A DNA stretch of 64,000 bases from the human T2T-CHM13v2.0 reference genome, Homo sapiens. The stretch lies in assembly GCF_009914755.1 (NCBI RefSeq), contig NC_060934.1, one strand, 5' to 3'. The notes under the pieces are model-generated. The model was given only the letters and a program-made list of their open reading frames with translations, searched no databases and was not told the origin of the DNA. Shown here piece by piece: positions 53,417-64,000 of the stretch (its first letter is position 1; the number at the start of each line of letters is the position of its first letter). Both the position numbers and the translations under genes were made by a program.

Positions 53417-55349
53417 CACTTTTTTTTGCAATTATTTATGTATGTGGTTGCTGTGCTACTAAATTGACCTCAAATTCTCTGATTTTTATCTAAATGTTCT
53501 CAGTTTCAGGTAGTTAAGATCAGTGTAGTGAAAAGTATGCATGGGAGGAGGGCAAGAATTATTGCCTCAGGGTCATAAAATTGATTTTAAAAAAAGGGTG
53601 GTGGTGGTATTGGCTTGTGGCAGGACTGGATCCAGGCAAACAATGCCGAGTGGTATCCTTCTTATCTTCCTTTCCCTTCCCCCTTCTCTCTTTCTTCTTC
53701 CTCCTCCTTTTTTCCTCTCCCTTTCCCTTCCTTCCTCCTTTGTTTCCATCTGTGTGGTGGCTTCACTCCTGTAGGTGCTGTTCCTCCGAGATAGATAATT
53801 TGGCCATGACAGTACTAGGTTTCCAAAATGGCGTCCCCAGGGGTAACTGGAAGTCCTTCCTGATAGTTCCAGAGGAAAATTTCTGGAGCAAAGGTTCTGA
53901 CTGAGGCCAGGGGGATGGAATACTGTGGTTGGCTAACCCTGTAGTGCTGAAGAAGGGCTTGTCTGTTATCAGAAGTGTGGTGGGCGATCGTCCCTAGTCA
54001 AAAGGCCACATTGAATTCATCTGTTTCTCCAGAGCTCTGTTGAGTTATTGGCAAACAGTAGGAGCTTCCTAAATGTTTATTGAAGAAAATGAATGAATGA
54101 GTAGAAATAAAAGAATGAATCTATGACTTGAAATGTTTTCCTTTTTGCAAAGAGGCTTTTGACCATATGACACACTCTCGGATGTTTCTCACTGACTACA
54201 GAAGTCAGGGATTTTGCTATTTAACCATTTCATGGCCACCTCTGTGTGAGCTTACCTTAAAGGTACTAAGGCATGAAAGAACATGACTAAAATACCAAAT
54301 CCCTTGGCTACCTTTGGGGTTTCATCTTCACTATAGGTCTGTTAGGTCAAGGGTTTAGTTAAGTGTGGTGTGGCCTCATGAAAGTTCCGTCTGGAAATCA
54401 AAGAGCTTCGTGGTGAGTCTGTGCTGGGGTTGGGGCTAAAACATAGCTTTGAGTCTCAGCAGCTTGTCATTATCAGCATGTGCTTGCCTTGAGAGCTATG
54501 GCAGTTTCTGGTGACTTTATTGCAGACAGCAGTCAATCCACAACTCCTCGCAAAGGCTGGTGATTGAGCAATAAGCTTTTTGAAAACTCTTCCTGAGATC
54601 TTTCATTCACATTCACTGTGTTCAGAGAGTAGAGAATTTCAAAGACCCTTCATCATTTCATTCTCACTAGAGGTTATTCCTTTTGTCATTAGTGAGAAAA
54701 ATCACAGTCAGCGTCTTAGAGAAAAAGAGAAAGACAGGGTAAATGATTTCTGCAGCTCTCACACCTTCCCAGAATAACTCTTAACCGCACCAGCCAGGGC
54801 CTGGTACATTCTTTGTTTGTTTGTTTGTTTGTTTCCCCCTCTTGGTTTTATTTAGTTCTCATGTACTGTACAATAGTAAGGGAAAATAGTGAAAAATCAA
54901 CCCACAGCCTCATATCCTTTAAAAAGGTTTTCATGTTTTGATTTATTTTGATACCTCTCATTTGTATGCATTTCAGTATGAAGATGAAAATACCAATTAA
55001 GTTTTTCACTCAACTTTATTTCAGACCTTTCACCTCACTGTTTTATTTTGCTCTTAATGAATGTCTGTATTGTCTTCATAGATTTATTTAAAGGAACAAC
55101 GTTATTGATACAGCTTAGTTGCTGTAGCCATTATAATGTTCCTTAATGTCATAAGAAGCAAAGCAGTCATTATGTCCACAGTAGCAAAAGGACAGAATCA
55201 TATTTGTTATTTTTAAAAGCTGTTCTTTTTAAACTCTTCTGGTTTGAGAAGCATGTAACCATGAAGAGTTTGTTTATATTGTATGGATCATTCAGTTGAA
55301 AACTGCAAGTAATCTTTGCATTTAAGCATCCCTATTTTTCTTTTTTAGG

Positions 55350-56330
55350 AATTTTAACTGACATATAATAATTACACATAGTCATGGGGTACAATGTGAT
55401 GTTTCTATAGATATATACATTGTGTAATGATCAAATCAGGGTAATGAGCACATTTGTCACTTCAAACATTTATCATTTCTTTGTAGTGTTAACATTCAAA
55501 ATTCTTCTAGGTTTTTTGAAATATATATCACACTACTGTGCAATAGCACACCAGAACCTATTCCTCATAGCTAATTATAAATTTGTACCTGTTGACCAAT
55601 CTTTCTCCATTCTCCCATCTGCCTTCCTCTCCCCAGTCTTTGGTAATCACTGTTCTATTCTCTACTTCTATGACATCAGCTGCTTAGATTCCACATATGA
55701 GTGAGATCATGTGGTATTTGTCTTTCTGTGTCTGGCTTATTTCACTTACCATGATGTCTTCCAGTTCCAACCCTGTTGTTGCAAATGACAGGATTCCATT
55801 CTTTTTTAAGGCTAAATAGTATTCAGTTGTGTATCTACATCACATTTTCTTTATCTGTTGATCTGTTGGTGGACAATTAGGCTGATTTTGTATCTTGGCT
55901 ATTGTGATACACATAGAAGCACAGATATCTCTTGCACATACTTATTTCGTTTCTTTTGGATATATACCAAGTAGTGGAATTGCTAAATTATACGGTAGTT
56001 CTATTTTTAATTTTTTTAAGGATCCTCCATACTGCTTTCCATAATGGCTGTAGTAATTTACATTCTCACCAATTCTCTCTCTACATTTTCCAATACTTGT
56101 TATCTTTTGTCTTTTTCATAGTAGCCATTCTAACTGGAGTAAGGTGATATCTCATTATGCTTTTGATTTGCATTTCCCTAATGATTAATGATATTTAGCA
56201 TTTTTTCATAAGACTGTTGACTATTTGTATGTCTTTTGAGAAATGTCTATTAAGGTCTTTTGCCTATTTTAAAATTGTTTTTTTAACTATTGAGTTGTTT
56301 GAATTCCTTATATGTTCTGGATTCTTTTTT
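55350..56330 (-). mobile_element. L1MA-type 3' fragment
   Basis: ttagattccacatatgagtgagatcatgtggtatttgtctttctgtg, gcaaatgacaggatt. Confidence 0.85.
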
Positions 56331-56914
56331 AGAACACATTGCCTGTCCTCTGTAAATGCTGTCATAGAAAAAAACAACATATTGATAACTTAGACTAGGT
56401 GCTTTGACAGTAGAGTTGGTGAGAAGTGCTTGTACTCAGGGTAGGTTTTCAGATAAAGCAAGACATTTGCTTATGAATTGGATATGGGGAAATGAAGTAA
56501 AGAGATAAATTAATTATGTTTGAAGGCCTACTTTGGTGTAGAGAGAAAGATTAGAAATGTTTGCCAAAAAAAAAAAAAAATGGATCTCTTTTGGCTCAAT
56601 GGGATAGAACTCATCTTTGAACTGTAAGAGAGCAAGAACCTTTAAAACTCACTGAGATACATATATGACTAAAAAAAATACCTGCAGGAATGGGTTCGGA
56701 AATGGTGGATTTTGGAACTTGTTAATACTTGTGATTGACAGGTCAGTGGGATCCATTGCCAAAGTGGTAGGAATCATTCTTAGGAAATTTTGATCACTAC
56801 TGAGTCAGGTACATGGATACCCTGTAAATCTCACTTCTGATTACAAAGAGAAGATCTCTTTTCCAAGTCTCTACCAAGTAAATTATTTTCCTTGACAATT
56901 AAAACAAAAATTGC

Positions 56915-57215
56915 AGGCAGGGCACTGTGGATCACATCTATAATCCTAGCACTTTGGGAGGCTGAGGTGGGAGGATTGCTTGAGGCCAGAAGCTTGAGAC
57001 CAGCCTGGGCAGAAAAATGAGACTCCATCTCTACAAAAAATACATAAATTGGCTGGATGTGGTGGCATGTATCTACAGTCCTAGGTACTTGGGAGGCTGA
57101 AGTGGGAGGATTGCTTGAGCCCAGGAATTCAAGGCTGCAGTGAGTTGAGATTGTGTCATTTATACTCCAGCTTAGGCAACAGAGTGAGAACTTGTCTCAA
57201 AATAATAATAATAAT
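56915..57215 (+). mobile_element. AluJ
   Basis: Dimer with (AAT)n tail. Confidence 0.88.
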
Positions 57216-57669
57216 TGCTTTACTTACTTTTCTCAAGTTGACAAGTTTAACTCGACATTGTAGGTACTGAATGAAGGTCATTATCAGGAAAGACCTAGGT
57301 ACTGGGAGGCTGATTAAGCACTTTGATGGGAAATTAGTAATTTGGAAACTATAAGCAAATATTGCACTGTGGCTCATTGTTTCTGTTCATGAAGGGATTT
57401 ATTTTTGTAGAATAGGGCTGCCCAGGAGAGGAATTTATAAAAGCAAATTGTAAATGCTTACTTGATTTCTTAAAGACTATGTGATGTCAGGCAAAGCATT
57501 TACCATCTCTGGCCTTTTATTTCCCCACCTATGAAATGAGATTAGAAATTCCTGCTCTGTCTGCCTTATAGAAATCTTATGAGCTTTAAATTAAATGAAG
57601 ATAATAATGATAACGCCATTACATTTGACATTTAGTAAGTACTTACTGTGTGCCAGGCATTGTGTTAAG

Positions 57670-58215
57670 CCAGACACCGTGCTAAATTTAGTGGCTTAAA
57701 ACAACAACCATTGTATTTGCTCACAATTCTGTGAATCAGCAATTTGGGCTGGACTCCGCTGCATGGTATTTCTGCTTTTCTTGCCTGGGATCATGGATGT
57801 GACTGCAAATTATCTGCCAGCTCTGATGGCCTAACTAGTCTTCTCTTGTATGTGTGGTGATTGGAAATGGCTACAACTGGTTAGCCGAGGGGGCTTCAAC
57901 GGGGAGTTTGTCTCTCTTCCATGTGATCTTTCATCCTCCTGTAGGTTAGATCAGGCTTCTTCACATGGGAGTTTCAGAGCAGAATTCCAAGAGGTGAGAG
58001 AAGCTGCAAGCTGCTTGTATTCTAGGCCTGGAATACATATCATTTCTACCATATTCTGTTGGTCAAAGCAAATCACAGGATCTAGGTATAACCTAGATCC
58101 ATGGGGGAATAAAACATCACCTTTTGATGGGAGGAGTAGAAAAGTCACATTGCAAATGGATAGGTGTATAGGAACAGGAGGATCTATCATAGCCATCTTT
58201 GTGCACAATCTATTG
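57670..58215 (-). mobile_element. MLT1-family LTR
   Basis: tttagtggcttaaaacaacaaccatt...gctcacaattctgtg...cttttgatgggaggag. Confidence 0.7.
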
Positions 58216-58409
58216 TACTTGTCAACATACAATCTCACTTAATCTGAATAGCAACCCTATTATTCTCATTGGACAAGTGAGGAAACTGAGGCACAATGAC
58301 TTGTTGAAAGTCACTTAGTCAATAAGTGTCTAAGCTGGGAGATGAACCCAGGCAGCCTGACTCTAGAGGCCATCCTCTATTTTAATGGTCTTCAAAATGG
58401 AAATCACAT

Positions 58410-58760
58410 TGTGGTAGAGATTACTCGTGTTTATCTATATCCAGTTTTTGCCTTCTGGGGCACATGGAAACCACACTTCCCATCCTTTAGAATTTAATTG
58501 TGGCCATGTAACTTGTTCTGGGCCAATGAAGGCATTTAACAGCAGGTGTAAATTCTTCATTCTCTTTCATCCTCTGCCTCTGTGTCCCTAGAAACCGCTG
58601 GTTAAAATGGTGGAATTATAAGATAGAAGTAGACTGGATTGCCAAGTTCCTATTGGAAAGGAAGCTGCCTGACCTGCAGCAGAAAAGAAATAAAATTGCA
58701 TGTGTTAAGCAGCAGATTTTCTGATTTATTATTTTAGTGAAGCCAGTTCTTTTCTAATAC
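58410..58760 (+). mobile_element. MLT1-family LTR
   Basis: tgtggccatgtaacttgttctgggccaatgaa...gaaataaa...ctaataca. Confidence 0.6.
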
Positions 58761-58823
58761 AAGCCTCATTGTATTATTGTGCTTATAAAGTGAATCTGTA
58801 ATTATATAAAAATTGTAGTTAAA

Positions 58824-59180
<357 letters not shown>

Positions 59181-59670
59181 TCAGGGTCAACAATTCTCAA
59201 TCTCTTGGCGAATGTCACTTCAGATAACTCTCTGTGTATAAAAATACACAATTTGTATAAATAATTTCATGCTTCCCATATTGTTGGGTAGTCTCCTTTT
59301 ATCATCAAACAGTATTATTTCAAAATTCTTCTTAGTCAAATAAGAGAGGCGTATGTAGGAAACTCTTAATTATATAACACACAATAAGAAGGCTTTTGAG
59401 AATGTATGTAAGAGTACAGGTTCTGCATCAGAGTACTTGAGATCAAATCCTCATCCCATCATTGATTTAGAGAAAGTTACCTCATCATACTGTGCTTCAA
59501 GTTCTTCAACTGTAAAAGGAGGATAAGAATAGTAAGAATAGTACCTACTCCACAGTCAGGAGTAAATAAAATTAGGTTTTATTTAACATTTTGTACAATA
59601 CCTGGCATGTTGTTGACATTCAATAAATGTTCATTTGATAACAGGGTAGCAAATTTACACATTCTATTGA

Positions 59671-60000
<330 letters not shown>

Positions 60001-62029
60001 TACTTCTTTTAATAGATTTTTCTCCTAACCCTTTGCTGGATAGCAGGGTGTGGCTCATGGTGGTGGAAGAAACCATGTTACATTTTGGTTTTAAAATCCT
60101 TTCAAGGAAATATTTAATCAGTCTAAAGTCCATCTTTATAATGAGACTGTTGCCCCCACACTATGTAATTTTCTTTTAAAGATTTCTTTGTATAGGGTAA
60201 AAGCTTATGAGGTTTCCTGGTGACAGAGGAAATTTACCTGTTATCTTTCTTAATCTGTCTGGCCATGGAATGGATGATTAGTCACTGCACTGGCATCTAT
60301 TGCAGGAAAACTGGTTCCTTTGGGTCTTTTGGTAAACAATGGTATCCGTTGCTGCCTTGACATGCCTGACTTGACATTGCCTCCAGTCACTGAAGGTCCT
60401 GAGCTTGCAGGCCTTCTTTTCCCAACTCTAGGCCTCTGCAATTCCAACAGTCTTCCCAGACTCTCCCTATTTCCTCACTGGCACACACAGGAACTTTCTA
60501 GATTCACTGCATACCATGTACAGACCATAGGGAACAAAGAGCACTACCTGCCTGTCCTATTTCTCTTCAACCCATCCACTCTAACCCTCTGCCAGAGGCT
60601 GGCAGAGTGCCTTGCATGGAGGTCTCATTCCAGTGTTTCAAAGTGGGAGTAGATCAAAACTCCCTCTGTTTTGGCTTTTTATTCAACCTAAGTAACAACC
60701 CTCTGCCATTCCGGCCAAATTCAGTTCACATGTCAGATAGCCTGCTTCCTTTACGTTTCCTTACTCTCTTGTCCATGCTTTTTAGGTGCTGATTGGGATA
60801 GGCCTTCTCCTTTATCTTCTTGTTTGCAGGAACTTCCCTTACACCATTAAGCTCCACTGCTCAACTTTGATGACAGAAAGGTTGAATCCCTACATGATAA
60901 GAAACTGCATGACTCTTGATATGAGAACTACGGGTCACTTAAGAACTAGAGTTAATTATAAATACAAATATATTTAATACTCTCTAATATTGCCCCATTA
61001 TAATATTATCATTATCATCAGCATGTAGGACATGCTTATTTCTTTCTCAGTGCCCTTCGACTTTTCCTGTGAGCTTGCATTGCCCACCACATTCTAGATT
61101 TTCTAGCTGATTTGCCTGTTAAAAGGCAGTAAGAAGGCAGTCCACCTGCTGTTTGCTTGGAATACAGGAAATGAACATCATACCATATGGGCTGTTTAAC
61201 ATCCACCCACATGGCCCCAGACACAAGCATCAGATCCTCTGGCAACTGTGGGCCAGGCACAACTGGGGTGGCTGCTTTACTTAGGAATGACATATTTTAA
61301 AAAATCTTCTTAATTAAATTTGTATCGCACTGAAACAAAATTAATTTTTGGTCTTTCTATTGACTACAAACTGACCGAGGGTCTCTCTGATTGTCCATTG
61401 TACATATAAGCCTAAAAATGAATAGTAAATGTTTATATCATTGGCAACTGCATAATTATCACTCTCACCTAGCAGTGCTGACCGTACATAGATTAAATAA
61501 AAAACTCTGAATGTGAGGCAAGGGGCTGCCACTGAGACCTTTCCTAAATGTGTACTCCTGCCTCAACTACCACACTTTGTCATTTATTTCTTTAAATCAA
61601 GACACAGTTTTTTATACCTTAATGTAAATGGGTTTGCCAAACAATTTAAAAGTTAATTTTTGTCAAGGGAAGGAAACTTAGGCTCCTATATCTCTGGGAG
61701 AATGAAGATTTATATACCAAAGGAGAGACAGGTATAGAAAAGGAAGTGTGGGGAAGCAACACAAACTTTACAGTTTATCAGAAGCAGGTGCTTAGGAGGA
61801 GTGCTATCTGGAAGAGAGGCCTACTGCATTGCCATAGCTCTGTAACAGGCCGCAAAGTGATCCCAGTTGTACAGGTCAGTTAGGGTGCTTCACCAGGTGC
61901 TTTTTCAGCTGATGTGGACCGGTATTGCCCCACAACAATTGAGAGGTGGTGGAAGCAGAGGGCCAGCATCTGCATGCTTGGGTAAACCTACCTAGTAAAG
62001 TTGAGATGGTATCTCTTGACTTCTCTTCA

Positions 62030-62488
<459 letters not shown>

Positions 62489-63670
62489 GAGTGAACAGCA
62501 GAAAAGATCAAGGTAAGAGAGAGCTATCAATTGAGTGGAACCAGGAGTCAGAAAGAAGCTGGACAGCATCAGACCTGGAGAATTGGAATAGGCCTAGAAC
62601 AGGCAACACAGGTATTGAACAATTATGGAGTGAATTCTCACAGCTGGGAGAATTTTATGAAGAGGGACCTGAATGTTTCATGGAGACTTTTCCATAGTGG
62701 AACCCTTTGAAATTAGAAAAAAAGTATGTATGTGTGTGTTTCCATAAACACATTGGTCTATGCTGTATATACGAATATACACTGGTTCTAAAGTGCTAGA
62801 TATGGAAAGCCTGTTTCTTGTATGGCACTGGTAGTATCTCCTTTACGGTACTATCTGGAAACCAGTCCTTTCTGTCTTTTATGATGGAGTTTCCTCAGGG
62901 AAAATAAGCAACCTCAGGGAAAGAAAGAGAAAATATATAGGTAAGAGAGTGTAGAAGGGAGAGAGTAGCAGCATAAAGGGAGCAGAAAGGAAAAACCCAG
63001 CAAAACACAGTGCATACCTATGAAACAGAAATGGGGGTGTCAACCCTGCAGGAGGGAGAAAGCAGCCAGTTGCTGGGAAGAGGGATGTCACCATTGTTGG
63101 AATCTTGTATACAAGGGTGATATTCTGCAGGACCAGGGAGACATGCATTTAGAAACTTAGTCATGGCCAAAGTCCCGCAGAAGGAGTGACTGATAGTCAC
63201 AGGAAGCTTAAATTGGTGGAGTGTACTCTTTGGCATTTTTCTAATTAGTTCGTGTTCATTAAATGATTCCAGAGTATAGTTAAGCTGTAGTACTTAGTCT
63301 GTGTAACAAATTATTCTCCCCTAAATGCCTCCTAAGAACCCTCGCCAGGTGCTGATTATGTCTCCCATACCTGAATCTAATGTGTCTGTCCCTCACCCTG
63401 ATGATTTGCCAGAACTGATCACTGCTAGTCCCTCCTTCCAGAGAAACAAGGAGACAGAATTATTAACCAAACAGGAGGGCAAAAAGGGAAAAAAAGCCTA
63501 TATAACACAAGAATAGATTACACTGCTGACCTGGGTTTCAGTTACATACAAATTGCATCTTCACAGAGGAGCTCAGCTCTTCAGGTTTAAATTAAACTTA
63601 GTCCAATAGACATTTATAGGGCACCTATTTTGTACTTGGCACTGGGCCATGTGGGAAAACAAACTGGCTT

Positions 63671-63970
63671 GGTCAGGTGCGGTGGCTTAGGCCTGTAACT
63701 CCAGCACTTTGGGAGGCAGAGGTGGGAGGATTGCTTGAGTCCAGGAGTTCCAGACCACCCTGGGCAACACGATGAACCCCTGTCTCTACAAAATATACAA
63801 AAAAATTAGCTGAGCATGGTGGCATGTGCCTATAGTCCTAGCTACTTAGGAGGCTGAGGTGGGAGGATCACCCGAGACTGGGAGGTTGAGGCTACAGTGA
63901 ACTGAGCCATGATTGCACCACTGCACTCCAGCCTAGGTGACAGAGTGAGACCCTGTCTCAAAAACAAACT
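63671..63970 (+). mobile_element. AluJ
   Basis: Dimer; flanking repeat aaaacaaactg. Confidence 0.88.
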
Positions 63971-64000
63971 GTAAGGCATGGTTACTGCTCTTGAGAAGCT

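Noticed and set aside
53660-53745. Polypyrimidine tract as a splice acceptor or triplex element
   Set aside because: Low-complexity CT tract. A downstream plus-strand AG exists, but there is no other support for an exon.
57850-58242. 130-aa ORF
   Set aside because: Lies almost wholly within an MLT1 LTR; probably chance.

Overview
Human genomic DNA (an AluYb8-type element supports human origin). It covers the 5' end of CCDC6 (H4/D10S170, chr10q21) and ~62 kb of repeat-dense sequence upstream. The only well-supported protein-coding feature is CCDC6 exon 1 on the minus strand (CDS 1131..829, 101 codons, GT donor), inside a CpG-island promoter. The rest is about 42 Alus, many old L1/L2/MIR fragments, MaLR/ERV solo LTRs and DNA-transposon fossils (MER20, MER82, Charlie1-like, MADE2). 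It also holds a decayed 5S rRNA copy and a 128-aa minus-strand ORF that I recall as the putative C10orf40/LINC01553 product. I see no evidence of a new multi-gene system. The most interesting items are: an orphan retrocopied 3'-UTR-like insert with AATAAA, polyA and TSD splitting a Charlie element; a small CpG-rich NRF1/AP-1/forkhead element ~38 kb upstream of CCDC6; an in-frame CUG in strong Kozak context in the CCDC6 leader; a 5'-truncated AluYb8 with an odd junction; local templated duplications; and several template-switch hairpins. Repeat family names come from remembered consensus sequences and boundaries are approximate.
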